NCBI GenBank assembly: GCA_016744995.1
Contig: JADGDG010000001.1
Span: 38,011 to 102,010 of the forward strand
Source: Gammaproteobacteria bacterium
Lineage (GTDB): Bacteria > Pseudomonadota > Gammaproteobacteria > GRL18
Direction: 5' to 3'
Length of the DNA stretch: 64,000 nucleotides
This document shows positions 8,518-19,074 of this stretch, piece after piece. The first letter of the stretch is position 1; each line of letters starts with the position of its first letter. Under the pieces are notes generated by a model that saw only the letters and a list, made by a program, of their open reading frames with translations, was not told the DNA's origin and ran no database searches. The translations under genes were made by a program, and so were the position numbers.

Positions 8518-10665
8518 ATGAAACGACATTCATTCTCAACTGTCAGGCAGTCAAAAGACTTTTATTCAGCAGTCGTTCGCTTTAGCCTGGGCTCAGTTAT
8601 TGCTCTGTACGTCTGGCTTGGCATGTCCAGTGGCGAGTTTGGTATTACCCGGGAACAATATAATTCATTTGCATCATTTTATTATTTCTTCACTATTATT
8701 TTTGCTATTGATATTTTTCGTCAACCCGACTGTAATCTTCGTCGCTATACTACCCTGATTTTTGATTTTACCTGTACCTCTTACGCCATTACCTTAACTG
8801 GCGGCGGCAGCAGTGAATTTCTCCTGATTTATATCTGGCTTTATATTGCCTATGGCACACGATATGGTTCCAGTTACTTGCTGGCTGGTGTCATCATTGT
8901 TATTGTTGAGTACAATTATATTCTATTTCTTGAAAACACCTGGGCAACCAATCCTCTGGGCACATCCGCACAGTTTTTTGTTCTGATCACCATGCCCCTT
9001 TATCTGCATTCAATGCTAAACAAATTACGCAAAGCAAAAAAAGCCGCAGAACAGGCAACTCGCGCTAAAAGCAGTTTTCTTGCCACCATGAGCCATGAAA
9101 TCCGCACGCCCATGAGCGGCATTATCGGTACCGCACACTTATTACAGAGGACCGAGCAAAATAAAGAACAACGTGAATACACAGGTGCTCTGCTGGATGC
9201 CTCAAAATCACTGCATGCACTGATTGATGATATTCTTGATTTTTCAAAGATTGAAGCTAATAAATTACAATTACAACGCTCAACTTTTGATTTACATCAC
9301 ACGATTAATGAAGTTATTGCCGTATTATCCCCTAATGCAGAATATCACTCTTTAGACTTTATCATCTACATTGACCCCAATTTACCCACTTATGTGATTG
9401 GTGACAGCCAGCGCATCAGACAAATTTTATTTAATTTAGTCGGCAATGCCATAAAATTTACAGAAGAAGGTGAAGTGACATTAAGAGTGACTGCAAAAAA
9501 AGAACCTTTAGCAGACAATGAGCCTTCAGCGGATATTGAGCCAAGCAAAAACACATCACTTATCCCCAGCAGCGGCAAAATCACCTTACAATTTGATATT
9601 ATTGATACTGGAATCGGCATCAATAAAGAACAACAGACAAAAATCTTTGATAGTTTCACTCAAGCTGAAAATCTTCAAACCCATCGATTTGGCGGAACCG
9701 GTCTGGGCACCACAATTTCCAAACAGCTTGTCGAGTTTATGGGTGGTGTAATTGGTGTTGACAGTGTGCTGGGTAAGGGTAGTCATTTCTGGTTTAAACT
9801 AAGCCTCCCCATAGAGAAGCGCGGTAATATTGAGCAACGTTACAAAAATATTTTTTTGGAAAAACGGGTCGCCATTGTCACCTGTAAAAGCGCGCTTTAT
9901 GATTCCCTGGAAAACTATTGTCGATATTTTGGTTTTATCGTGGATCGGTTTTATACAGAATCTGAGCTGCTTAATGGTCTGCAGCAGGCAGCTAAACACA
10001 ACAATCCCTTTGATCTGATACTTTTATCTACTAGTCGAGAGGAGACAAGCCCCCTCAGACTTGCTGATAAAATTGATGCGCTGGATTTAGGTCAGCATGC
10101 CAGACCTAAAAAGGTTTTTTTATCCTACCTGAGTAAACGTCAGGAGTTACAGCAAAATCACAATTCTCTGTTTGATGCCTATATTACTAAACCAATTAAT
10201 TTTGAGCGTCTGGGCGACGATTTATTAGAGCTGCTGAATCCTGAAAGCGCACAAATTCAAAAAACAAGTTGTTGTGAACTGGAGAACACTTCTTTAAGAA
10301 TATTGATAGCAGAAGATGAAGATATTAATGCTATGGTTCTCAGTAGTTTTCTTCAAGAGGCGGGGCATCAGACAAAACGTGTTCTCAATGGTGCTCAGGC
10401 AGTTGAAGAACTCAGACAAAACAAGTATGACATTGCTTTTATGGATATGCGAATGCCTGAAATGAATGGTCTGGAAGCCGCTATAGCCTGGCGAAAACGT
10501 GAAATCAAAGGACAGCATATACCAATTATTGCACTGACCGCTAATGCCACGACAGATGACAGAGAGGCCTGTTTAAATGCTGGGATGGATGATTTTATCA
10601 CTAAGCCAATTAGCCCGGAACAATTATCCAGTGCAATAAAAAAATTGTACTCACCCAGCACGTGA
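8518..10665 (+). CDS. Hybrid sensor histidine kinase/response regulator (membrane sensor, HisKA-HATPase, pseudo-receiver, C-terminal REC)
   Basis: Multi-TM N-terminus. H-box SHEIRTPM. N/G-box ATPase motifs. Internal receiver-like segment lacking the Asp pocket. C-terminal REC with DIAFMDMRMPEMNG and KP motif. Confidence 0.8.
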   Translation: MKRHSFSTVRQSKDFYSAVVRFSLGSVIALYVWLGMSSGEFGITREQYNSFASFYYFFTIIFAIDIFRQPDCNLRRYTTLIFDFTCTSYAITLTGGGSSEFLLIYIWLYIAYGTRYGSSYLLAGVIIVIVEYNYILFLENTWATNPLGTSAQFFVLITMPLYLHSMLNKLRKAKKAAEQATRAKSSFLATMSHEIRTPMSGIIGTAHLLQRTEQNKEQREYTGALLDASKSLHALIDDILDFSKIEANKLQLQRSTFDLHHTINEVIAVLSPNAEYHSLDFIIYIDPNLPTYVIGDSQRIRQILFNLVGNAIKFTEEGEVTLRVTAKKEPLADNEPSADIEPSKNTSLIPSSGKITLQFDIIDTGIGINKEQQTKIFDSFTQAENLQTHRFGGTGLGTTISKQLVEFMGGVIGVDSVLGKGSHFWFKLSLPIEKRGNIEQRYKNIFLEKRVAIVTCKSALYDSLENYCRYFGFIVDRFYTESELLNGLQQAAKHNNPFDLILLSTSREETSPLRLADKIDALDLGQHARPKKVFLSYLSKRQELQQNHNSLFDAYITKPINFERLGDDLLELLNPESAQIQKTSCCELENTSLRILIAEDEDINAMVLSSFLQEAGHQTKRVLNGAQAVEELRQNKYDIAFMDMRMPEMNGLEAAIAWRKREIKGQHIPIIALTANATTDDREACLNAGMDDFITKPISPEQLSSAIKKLYSPST

Positions 10666-10800
10666 TCAGGGGCAACAAGCCAACTTGATCACGCCCAGTT
10701 TATTACGATTCCTATTCTCAGACAGGATCTGGCCATTTCTGGATTTTTTTTCCTTATAGCCTACACTTAAATTTAATCACTGATATCAATAGACAGGCCT

Positions 10801-11613
10801 ATGGAAGAAAATACTCTAGCCGTTTCCGATTTAAATATTCTTATTGTTGAACCCTCAGCAGTGCAGGCCAGGATAATCCAGAGGCTTTTTCAGGATGCTA
10901 ATGTTAATAGTGTCCAGCTTGCACATAGTGGTCAACAGGCACTAGAGTCAATGTCTAAGTCCTTCAACCCACCTGATTTGATCGTTAGTGCACTCTACCT
11001 TCCAGATATGACTGGTACAGAATTAGTTCAGACCATACGTAATGATGATAAACTTGAAAAAGTTCCATTTATGCTGATCTCCAGTGAAACCTCATTTAAG
11101 GAACTTGACCCGATCCGCCAGGCAGGTGTAGTTGCCATTTTACCTAAGCCTTTTGTCTTTAATGACTTAAAAAGAGCCTTATTTAATACTCTGGACTTTA
11201 TTAACCCCAGTGCCAGTGAAGTTGAGGAGTTGGACTTTAATGACTTTCATGTTCTGGTGGTTGATGACAGCCTGATGGCAAGAAAACACATTAAACGAAT
11301 ACTGGGAAAAATGGGGATCACTTCATTTCACGAAGCCATCAATGGTAAAGAAGCCATCCCAAAAATTGAAAATACTTTTTTTGATCTGATTGTGACTGAT
11401 TATAATATGCCTGAAATGGATGGCGGTGAACTCACTCGTTATGTCAGAGAAAAAAGCTCTCAGAGTTCAGTTCCTATTTTAATGGTCACCAGCGAAAATG
11501 ATAATAATCGTCTTGCTGCAGTACAACAATCCGGTGTGTCCGGTATCTGCGATAAACCATTTGAACCCGACACAGTAAAAGCCTATTTAAAAAATATTAT
11601 GGCTGAACTCTAA
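10801..11613 (+). CDS. Tandem receiver protein (pseudo-REC + canonical CheY-like REC)
   Basis: First domain lacks the acidic pocket and phospho-Asp (IVEPS...LIVSALYLPDM). Second has VVDDS...DLIVTDYNMPEMDG...KP. Confidence 0.7.
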   Translation: MEENTLAVSDLNILIVEPSAVQARIIQRLFQDANVNSVQLAHSGQQALESMSKSFNPPDLIVSALYLPDMTGTELVQTIRNDDKLEKVPFMLISSETSFKELDPIRQAGVVAILPKPFVFNDLKRALFNTLDFINPSASEVEELDFNDFHVLVVDDSLMARKHIKRILGKMGITSFHEAINGKEAIPKIENTFFDLIVTDYNMPEMDGGELTRYVREKSSQSSVPILMVTSENDNNRLAAVQQSGVSGICDKPFEPDTVKAYLKNIMAEL

Positions 11614-11617
11614 GCAT

Positions 11618-12847
11618 ATGGGGAAGCCCGGCTCATTGCATATGATGACTCCAGAGCAAGCCTATAAAAACGCTCTCAAACAGCAAAACTTCTTACCCGA
11701 CCCCGTCCAGAAAGAAGCGGTCCAACTCACTCAACAACTTTACCAATGTCTCTGTGATCAATTTCCAAGCACACAGAAGTTCAACAAACACCCTCCTTCT
11801 GGATTGAACAGCTGGGTTAATTCATTACTTCTGAAAGGCCGGAATATCAAGGAAAAAATATCTACTCAAATTTTTCCGCAACTATTTGCTCAAAATCCCC
11901 TCCAAATAAAAGGGCTCTATTTTTGGGGGGGGGTGGGACGTGGAAAAACCTGGCTCATTGACAGTTTTTTCAATACCTTACCTTTTTCAAATAAGCGGCG
12001 GATCCACTTCCATGCTTTTATGCAGGACATTCATGAGCAGCTAAAGACTCTGCCGAAAACCCCTGATCCCCTGCCAATCCTTGGAAAGCAAATAGCACAG
12101 GAATTTCAACTGCTGTGTATTGATGAATTTCACGTTCAGGATATCACTGATGCCATGTTACTATCAGGGTTGCTTAAAGCTTTATTTGCACATGGTGTTG
12201 TATTAGTAGTCACATCAAATATCCCACCAGATGAACTCTATAAGAATGGCCTACAAAGAGAAAGTTTTTTACCTGCGATACACTTAATCAAGCAACATAT
12301 GCAAGTATTTGAACTCAATAGTAAAACGGACTATCGCACTTTAGTACTGGAAAAAGAAGGCTGTTATCACTCACCTCTCAATCCATATAATAAAAATATA
12401 ATGGAACAGCACTTTATAATGCTCAGCAACCATGCCACCATTCATCGACAAATTATTGAAATCAACAAACGCTCAATTCAGGTGCTGGGCATCAACCATA
12501 CTTCAGCCAAACACCCTCACTCAGTCATCTGGTTTAATTTTGATGAACTTTGTAATACCGCTCGTTCCAGCGCAGATTATTTATATATTGCCAAACAATA
12601 TACTCAAATTTTAATATCGAATGTGTATAGTATGGGAGAAGAAAAAGACGATATTGCCAAGCGTTTTGTACATCTCATTGATGCTCTGTATGACAATCAC
12701 TGTTCTTTAGTCATCTGTGCTGAAACTGAGCCTGATGAACTTTATCATGGGAGGCGACTTAAAATTTCTTTTCCAAGAACGGCAAGTCGTTTAAAAGAAA
12801 TGCGAAGTAAACTATATCGTGTCAAACAATTGAGCGAGCACAATTAG
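11618..12847 (+). CDS. zapE: Cell division protein ZapE (AFG1-family ATPase)
   Basis: Walker A GGVGRGKTWL and AFG1-like core. Confidence 0.75.
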   Translation: MGKPGSLHMMTPEQAYKNALKQQNFLPDPVQKEAVQLTQQLYQCLCDQFPSTQKFNKHPPSGLNSWVNSLLLKGRNIKEKISTQIFPQLFAQNPLQIKGLYFWGGVGRGKTWLIDSFFNTLPFSNKRRIHFHAFMQDIHEQLKTLPKTPDPLPILGKQIAQEFQLLCIDEFHVQDITDAMLLSGLLKALFAHGVVLVVTSNIPPDELYKNGLQRESFLPAIHLIKQHMQVFELNSKTDYRTLVLEKEGCYHSPLNPYNKNIMEQHFIMLSNHATIHRQIIEINKRSIQVLGINHTSAKHPHSVIWFNFDELCNTARSSADYLYIAKQYTQILISNVYSMGEEKDDIAKRFVHLIDALYDNHCSLVICAETEPDELYHGRRLKISFPRTASRLKEMRSKLYRVKQLSEHN

Positions 12848-12856
12848 AAACTTAAA

Positions 12857-13675
12857 TTACACAAATAACTGGGATTCTGCATCATCAGTTTCATCACAGC
12901 ATTCATTCATACCCGAAATTTTTTTCATCATTTCTCGATTTTTAATAACAATATGCTTACGCTCAGCTTTAATTAATCCATCCTCCTGAAAACGGGTAAA
13001 CATACGACTGACCGTTTCCACTGCCAGCCCAAGGTAATTGGCAATATCATTCCGAGACATGCTGAGGTAAAACTCAGTAGAAGAAAAACCACGTTGTTTA
13101 AAACGCAACGAAATGCTTAAAAGAAAAGCTGAAAGACGTGCTTCGGCGGTTTTTTTGCCTAACAGCAGCATCAATTCCTGATCATCAAAAATTTCTTTAC
13201 TCATCAGGCGCAGTAATTGGTGCTGAAGAGTAGGCAGTTCCTGTGTCAGTCCTTCAAGATGCTCAAAAGGAACCTCACAGACGCTGGTAGTTTCCAATGC
13301 TTTAGCTGCACAGGGATGTTTTCCCTTGCCAATAGCATCCAGGCCTAACAGCTCACCGGGTAAATGAAATCCCGTCACTTGCTCCTGACCATCAACTGTA
13401 GGTGAATAGGTTTTCAGAGAACCTGACCGAACAACATAAATAGAGTTAAAAGCGCTACCAACCTGAAAAAGGTGTTCATTACGCTTCAGCGGCCTTTTAC
13501 GTTCGATAATACTATCAAGTTTTTCTAAATCAGCACCAACAATTGAGCGAGGTAAACAGAGTTGATGCAGGCTGCATTCTTTACAGGCAACTTTAACAGA
13601 ATGGAGATCAAGCACTTTCTTTTGCCGTGGCTTATTGAGCTGTGTCTTTTGTTGCATCGTATTTTGCTGCCTCAT
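12857..13675 (-). CDS. fnr: FNR/ANR-type Crp-family oxygen-responsive transcription regulator
   Basis: N-terminal Cys cluster CKECSLHQLC plus Cys in HPCAAKALE, cNMP-like fold and C-terminal HTH. Close match to the E. coli FNR layout. Confidence 0.75.
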   Translation of the reverse strand: MRQQNTMQQKTQLNKPRQKKVLDLHSVKVACKECSLHQLCLPRSIVGADLEKLDSIIERKRPLKRNEHLFQVGSAFNSIYVVRSGSLKTYSPTVDGQEQVTGFHLPGELLGLDAIGKGKHPCAAKALETTSVCEVPFEHLEGLTQELPTLQHQLLRLMSKEIFDDQELMLLLGKKTAEARLSAFLLSISLRFKQRGFSSTEFYLSMSRNDIANYLGLAVETVSRMFTRFQEDGLIKAERKHIVIKNREMMKKISGMNECCDETDDAESQLFV

Positions 13676-13941
13676 TTTCAGTTGTTCCTAGAGTTGCTCT
13701 CGGTACTCACACATATACCGCTAAACATATACGCAACTAAACAATTGATAAATGTCAATTCTATACTAATTCCGCTTAAAAAAACAGCAACAATCTTAGA
13801 TATTGCTAATATTTACAAGACTTATATAATACAGGATAGGTCTGAGTATAAGGCAAGCTTAACCCTGTCTGAATACTTAAACACACGATACATAAAATGA
13901 CAATAATCCTTATAATTCAAGTCAATGGAGTCCGTTAACTT

Positions 13942-14547
13942 ATGTCAAAAAACCGCCCAGAAAGGCAAGCCTCTATCAAACGAGATACCAATGAAACACG
14001 CATAGAAGTGAACATTAACCTTGATGGTTCAGGAACCAGCCAGTTTGATACTGGCGTCCCATTTTTAGAACACATGATCGATCAAATCGCACGTCACGGG
14101 ATGATTGATATTTCTATCAAAGCCAGGGGTGACATTGATATAGATGCCCACCATACCGCCGAAGATATCGGCATCACACTGGGCATGGCAATGAAGCAGG
14201 CATTAGGGGATAAAAAAGGCATCACACGCTATGGTCATGCCTACGTTCCTCTGGATGAGGCATTATCACGCGTGGTGATTGATTTTTCCGGGCGTCCAGG
14301 CCTGGAAGATCAAGTGGATTACAAGCGTGAGACAGTGGGTAATTTTGACACTGAGCTTTTCCACGAGTTTTTTCAGGGTTTTGTCAACCATGCTCTCGTC
14401 ACTCTGCACATTGATAATATTCGCGGTAATAACAGTCATCATATTGCAGAAACAGTATTTAAGGCATTTGGCCGGGCAGTACGCATGGCAATCACTGAAG
14501 ATCCAAGAATGCAGGGCACTATCCCTTCGACTAAGGGTAGTTTATAA
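13942..14547 (+). CDS. hisB: Imidazoleglycerol-phosphate dehydratase (monofunctional)
   Basis: IGPD motifs (IDxHHxxE, HH...E) over the full length. Confidence 0.9.
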   Translation: MSKNRPERQASIKRDTNETRIEVNINLDGSGTSQFDTGVPFLEHMIDQIARHGMIDISIKARGDIDIDAHHTAEDIGITLGMAMKQALGDKKGITRYGHAYVPLDEALSRVVIDFSGRPGLEDQVDYKRETVGNFDTELFHEFFQGFVNHALVTLHIDNIRGNNSHHIAETVFKAFGRAVRMAITEDPRMQGTIPSTKGSL

Positions 14548-14598
14548 TAACGCCTCACATTACGATCCAGAACTTCTAAAATCGATGATCTCAAAGCT

Positions 14599-15294
14599 AT
14601 GACTACATCTATTACAGTGGCTGTTATTGACTACGGCATGGGTAACTTACACTCTGTTGCCAAGGCACTGGAGCACGCATCCCCGAGAGCCAGAGTACAG
14701 GTTACCTCCGATAAAAAGCTGATTGCAAATGCCGATCGGGTTCTGTTACCCGGTGTCGGCTCTATGCGCGACTGCATGGGTGAAATGCACCGCCTTGAGC
14801 TGGTAGATACCATCAAACAGGCAGCAGCAAATAAACCTTTTTTAGGGATCTGTATCGGCATGCAGGCACTGATGGCACATAGTACTGAAAATGGCGGTGT
14901 TAATTGTCTGGATATCATTCCTGGGGATGTTGAACGATTTTCCGATGATTTACACGATCCAATTGCGGCTCAATCAGGCCAACCTCTTGCAGATATCCGT
15001 TTAAAGATACCTCATATGGGCTGGAACCAGGTCAACCAGCAGATAAAACACCCTCTGTGGAAAAACATTCCTCAAAACCAGAGATTTTATTTTGTCCATA
15101 GCTATTTTGCCGTACCACAGGCACCAGAGCCCATTGCCGGTTCAACACATTATGGTCATCCTGTGTGCGTTGCTCTGGCTCAGGACAATATTTTTGCAAC
15201 ACAATTTCATCCCGAAAAAAGTGCCGATGCCGGCTTACAATTATTTTCCAACTTTATTGATTGGGATGGCAACTATCAAGTAAGCAGCGATTAG
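14599..15294 (+). CDS. hisH: Imidazole glycerol phosphate synthase glutaminase subunit
   Basis: Class-I amidotransferase triad (GICIGMQ, H..E) and HisH length. Confidence 0.9.
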   Translation: MTTSITVAVIDYGMGNLHSVAKALEHASPRARVQVTSDKKLIANADRVLLPGVGSMRDCMGEMHRLELVDTIKQAAANKPFLGICIGMQALMAHSTENGGVNCLDIIPGDVERFSDDLHDPIAAQSGQPLADIRLKIPHMGWNQVNQQIKHPLWKNIPQNQRFYFVHSYFAVPQAPEPIAGSTHYGHPVCVALAQDNIFATQFHPEKSADAGLQLFSNFIDWDGNYQVSSD

Positions 15295-15326
15295 TGCTTA
15301 ATAAATAAAACAAGAGTGAAAAATCA

Positions 15327-16067
15327 ATGATATTAATACCTGCTATCGATTTAAAAGATGGTCAATGCGTGCGTCTGCGTCAGGGCCGAATGGATGATGA
15401 TACTGTTTTTTCTGACAACCCCGTTGAAATGGCGGGACGTTGGTATGATGCAGGCGCTCGCAGGCTTCATCTGGTTGATTTAAATGGTGCCTTTGAAGGC
15501 AAGCCAGTTAATGGTGAAATTATCCAGGAGATCACCAGAACTTATCCCGATCTACCCGTAGAAATCGGTGGCGGCATCCGTTCTATTGACACGGTTGAAG
15601 CCTATCTTAATGCGGGTGTTGCCTACGTTATTATTGGCACTAAAGCCGTTGAAGAACCCGAATTTGTCACTCAGCTATGCAAAGAATTCCCTGGCAATGT
15701 GATTGTCGGTCTGGATGCTCTTGAAGGCAAGGTAGCAATTAAAGGCTGGGCTGAAGTCTCTGATGTTGATTTGTTTGAGCTGTCAAAACAATTTGAAAAT
15801 GATGGTGTGGATGCCATTATTTACACTGATATCAGCCGTGACGGGATGATGCAGGGTGCCAATGTTGACAACACAGCCGCTCTTGCTCAAGCTATCAACA
15901 TCCCGGTTATTGCCTCTGGCGGCATATATGACTTAAAGGATGTTGAAGCAATTTGTAAAGTGGCTCACCATGGTATTTCTGGAGCCATTACCGGCCGCGC
16001 TATTTATGAAGGTACGCTGGATTTTGCAGAAGGCCAAAAATTAGCTGACACTCTACTTGGAAAGTAA
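15327..16067 (+). CDS. hisA: ProFAR isomerase
   Basis: (beta/alpha)8 HisA motifs IPAIDL..G, VGGGIRS, ASGGI. Confidence 0.9.
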   Translation: MILIPAIDLKDGQCVRLRQGRMDDDTVFSDNPVEMAGRWYDAGARRLHLVDLNGAFEGKPVNGEIIQEITRTYPDLPVEIGGGIRSIDTVEAYLNAGVAYVIIGTKAVEEPEFVTQLCKEFPGNVIVGLDALEGKVAIKGWAEVSDVDLFELSKQFENDGVDAIIYTDISRDGMMQGANVDNTAALAQAINIPVIASGGIYDLKDVEAICKVAHHGISGAITGRAIYEGTLDFAEGQKLADTLLGK

Positions 16068-16226
16068 CTATTCAGCATGTTTAGATTTTGCCCGAGTTCA
16101 AGGCATTTTCGCACGGAGAATGTGAGCATATAAGTATATGTGACCATTTGAGTACGAAAATAACGCAGAAATCGAGCAAAAGATGAATACGCTGAGTAGT
16201 TACCTTGGAAATTAATAGGAACTGCA

Positions 16227-17000
16227 ATGGCACTCGCAAAACGTATCATCCCCTGTCTGGACGTCGATAAAGGACGAGTGGTTAAAGGCGTACAATTCGT
16301 TGATATCCGTGATGCCGGCGATCCGGTTGAAGTGGCTCGGCGTTATAATAGTGAAGGCGCTGATGAAATAACATTTTTAGATATCACCGCCACCCATGAG
16401 GGCCGTGATACTATTGTTCATGTTGTTGAACAGGTCGCTGGTGAAATCTTTATCCCTCTGACCGTAGGCGGCGGCATCCGAACTGTTGAAGATGTTCGTT
16501 TGATGCTTAATGCTGGTGCGGATAAAGTTGCCATCAATTCTGCAGCAGTTGCTAATCCTGATTTTGTCAGAGAAGCCGCAGAAAAATTTGGCAATCAATG
16601 TATTGTCGTTGCCATTGATGCCAAACAGGTTGAAACTGATGGCAGTGAACCTCGCTGGGAAATATTTACCCATGGTGGTCGTAAAGCAACTGGTATTGAC
16701 GCCATTGAGTGGTCCAAAAAGATGGTCTCCTATGGTGCAGGAGAATTGCTTGTCACCAGCATGGATAATGATGGTGTCAAAAATGGTTTTGATCTTCCGT
16801 TGACACGAACCATCAGTGATAATGTTGCTGTCCCGGTGATTGCTTCCGGTGGTGTTGGAAACCTTGATCACCTGGCTGAAGGTGTCCTTGAGGGACATGC
16901 TGATGCCGTTCTGGCCGCCAGTATTTTTCATTTTGCAGAATACAGTATTAGTGAAGCAAAGCGTCATATGGCAGAAAAAGGCATCGAGGTGCGCTTATAA
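16227..17000 (+). CDS. hisF: Imidazole glycerol phosphate synthase cyclase subunit
   Basis: [17 protein letters not shown] and ASGG motifs. Confidence 0.9.
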   Translation: MALAKRIIPCLDVDKGRVVKGVQFVDIRDAGDPVEVARRYNSEGADEITFLDITATHEGRDTIVHVVEQVAGEIFIPLTVGGGIRTVEDVRLMLNAGADKVAINSAAVANPDFVREAAEKFGNQCIVVAIDAKQVETDGSEPRWEIFTHGGRKATGIDAIEWSKKMVSYGAGELLVTSMDNDGVKNGFDLPLTRTISDNVAVPVIASGGVGNLDHLAEGVLEGHADAVLAASIFHFAEYSISEAKRHMAEKGIEVRL

Positions 17001-17422
17001 TGAGTACAGAAAAAGCAAGCTGGCTTGATGAACTCAAATGGGATGAACAAGGCTTAATGCCCGCAATTGCTCAGGACGAAAAAACAGGCAAGGTAGTGAT
17101 GTTTGCCTGGATGAATAGGGAGTCACTGGCAATGACCGTTGAGATGGGGCGTGCTGTGTATTGGTCACGTTCACGGGCAAAAATATGGCCAAAGGGCGAA
17201 GAGTCCGGTCATGTGCAAAAGCTTAAATCAATTCGTGTTGACTGTGACAAAGATGTTATCTTAATGAGCATCGAACAAATTGGCGGCATTGCTTGTCATA
17301 CCGGCCGGGAGAGTTGTTTCTATTTTGAACTGAGTGATATTAAGGAAGCTTCTCAGGAAGACATAAAACAGTGGCAAGCCGTTGAACCCGTTCTAAAAGA
17401 TCCTGATGAGATTTATAAATAA
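17000..17422 (+). CDS. hisI: Phosphoribosyl-AMP cyclohydrolase
   Basis: HisI core with C..D...H metal site. Start codon overlaps the hisF stop codon by 1 bp. Confidence 0.85.
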   Translation: MSTEKASWLDELKWDEQGLMPAIAQDEKTGKVVMFAWMNRESLAMTVEMGRAVYWSRSRAKIWPKGEESGHVQKLKSIRVDCDKDVILMSIEQIGGIACHTGRESCFYFELSDIKEASQEDIKQWQAVEPVLKDPDEIYK

Positions 17423-17451
17423 TTATTGATAGCTTTTTTATAGGAGCAGAT

Positions 17452-17781
17452 GTGTCAAACGACATCCTGGAACAGCTCGCACAAACTCTGGAAGCGCGCA
17501 AACATGCAGATCCCAAGACTTCTTATGTTGCTAAACTGCACCACAAAGGTCTGGATACCATCCTGAAAAAAATAGGTGAAGAAGCCACAGAAACGGTTAT
17601 CGCCTCAAAAGGTGGAAAAAAAGACGAAATCATTTACGAAACAGCTGATTTATGGTTTCATAGCATGGTTATGTTGTCTCATCATGGCTTAGGACCTGAA
17701 GATGTACTTAAGGAACTTTCTCGCCGCTTTGATTTATCAGGCATTGAAGAAAAAGCAAATCGGAAACCTAAATCTAATTGA
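17452..17781 (+). CDS. hisE: Phosphoribosyl-ATP pyrophosphatase
   Basis: MazG-like HisE helices (EEATE...E..D). Completes the his operon. Confidence 0.85.
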   Translation: MSNDILEQLAQTLEARKHADPKTSYVAKLHHKGLDTILKKIGEEATETVIASKGGKKDEIIYETADLWFHSMVMLSHHGLGPEDVLKELSRRFDLSGIEEKANRKPKSN

Positions 17782-17866
17782 CAGCCCTGAGCTAATTGAT
17801 AGCCCTGAGCTAGTTGACAGCCCTGAGCTAAATACAGCCCTGGGCTAATTAACAGCCCTGAGCCTA
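17777..17866. repeat. Tandem array, 5 x ~18 bp (TTGACAGCCCTGAGCTAA)
   Basis: Five head-to-tail near-identical units between hisE and hinT. 12/18 identity to the coding repeat unit in tatB/tatC. Confidence 0.8.
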
Positions 17867-17891
17867 ATTTCAAGAGAAACGAGTAAGCAAT

Positions 17892-18227
17892 ATGAGCGAT
17901 TGTCTTTTTTGCAAAATAATTACGGGTGATATCCCTGCAGATATAATCTATCAGGATGATAAAATTCTGATCTTTAAAGACATTAACCCAAAGGCTGATG
18001 TACATTTGCTCATGATCCCTAAAGCTCATATTGAAAGTTTGGTCCAATTAAATGAATCACACAATGACCTCATAGCCTATATGATGTTAAAATTGCCTGA
18101 GCTTGCAAATGATCAAGGATTGAACAGCGGCTTTCGTACTATTATTAATACTGGAAGGGATGGTGGTCAGGAAGTTTTTCACCTCCATATCCATTTGCTC
18201 GGCGGACAAAACCTCCCCGGCTTTTAA
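17892..18227 (+). CDS. hinT: HIT-family (HinT-like) nucleotide hydrolase
   Basis: Histidine triad HLHIHLLGG. Confidence 0.8.
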   Translation: MSDCLFCKIITGDIPADIIYQDDKILIFKDINPKADVHLLMIPKAHIESLVQLNESHNDLIAYMMLKLPELANDQGLNSGFRTIINTGRDGGQEVFHLHIHLLGGQNLPGF

Positions 18228-18268
18228 CTTTTTTATTTTACTTGCTTTATTTATTACTGGAGAACCCC

Positions 18269-18514
18269 ATGGGATTTGGCCCTTTAGAATTATTTATTAT
18301 CCTGGCAATTGTACTGGTTTTGTTTGGCGCAAAAAAATTACGTAATATCGGTGGAGATCTGGGTGGCGCAATTAAAAACTTCAAGAGTGCAATGAACGAA
18401 GAAGAAAAAGCCGCTGAAGACAAATCAACGACTGAAAGTCAGGTTCAGCTTGATAAAGATGGCGGTACAACAATCGAAGGTAAGGTTGAAAACAAAACAA
18501 ACGAAAAGGTTTAA
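18269..18514 (+). CDS. tatA: Sec-independent translocase TatA
   Basis: [26 protein letters not shown] helix plus amphipathic helix. The ORF track begins 27 nt earlier, but the MGF start fits TatA. Confidence 0.8.
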   Translation: MGFGPLELFIILAIVLVLFGAKKLRNIGGDLGGAIKNFKSAMNEEEKAAEDKSTTESQVQLDKDGGTTIEGKVENKTNEKV

Positions 18515-18582
18515 TGCTTTTTATCCGTTTTAATAGACTGTTCTTATATTTGTTAATCTAAACAAGGTTGCTTTAGTAGGTT

Positions 18583-19074
18583 ATGTTTGATATAGGTTTT
18601 TGGGAACTCTCCCTGATTGGAATTGTTGCGTTATTGGTCATCGGCCCCGAACGTTTGCCCGCAGTTGCAAGAACTGTCGGTAAATATTTTGGCCGTGCCA
18701 ATCGTTTTATCACTAATGTAAAAAATGACATCAGCAAAGAGCTTAAAGATGAAGATCTGAAACAAATTCTCTTAGACCAACAAAAACTGGCTGATGATTT
18801 TAAAAACGCTGCCAGTTCAATGAATTCCGCCATCAGCTCTGAAACCGAATCACTCCGAGGCAGTGTCAGCATGGATGATATTCTGGAGATTGAGGAGTCT
18901 TCAACTAGTAAGGAGTCTTTAACGGGTAATGAGTCTTCAACTGGTAAAGAGCCTTCAGCTAATAAAGAGCCTTCAACTAGTAAGGAGCCCTCAGCTAGTA
19001 AAGAGCCTTCAGCTAACAAAGACAAAACTGAATCCACCTCATCTGAATCACAGAGCAGTACAGAAAAATCATGA
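18583..19074 (+). CDS. tatB: Sec-independent translocase TatB with repeat-derived C-terminal tail
   Basis: MFDIGFWELSLIGIVALLVIGPERLP TatB N-terminus. The C-terminal 45 aa are encoded by 7 x 18-bp repeats. Confidence 0.8.
   Translation: MFDIGFWELSLIGIVALLVIGPERLPAVARTVGKYFGRANRFITNVKNDISKELKDEDLKQILLDQQKLADDFKNAASSMNSAISSETESLRGSVSMDDILEIEESSTSKESLTGNESSTGKEPSANKEPSTSKEPSASKEPSANKDKTESTSSESQSSTEKS
18893..19018. repeat. In-frame 18-bp tandem repeat array (7 units, GAGCCTTCAGCTAGTAAA) inside the tatB 3' end
   Basis: Seven consecutive 18-mers encoding (E/K)(S/P)S(T/A)(S/G/N)K hexapeptides. Confidence 0.85.

Noticed and set aside
9000-10661. Several 60-90-aa ORFs on both strands inside the hybrid kinase gene
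   Set aside because: All nested within the 715-aa kinase ORF, which has clear domain motifs.
16377-16967. 196-aa ORF antisense to hisF
   Set aside because: Completely embedded in hisF on the opposite strand.
17777-17866. Tandem repeat arrays considered as CRISPR arrays
   Set aside because: Units are 18-22 bp with only ~5-8-nt variable spacers. There are no unique 30-40-bp spacers, no leader, and no cas genes. The same units also occur in-frame in tatB/tatC.
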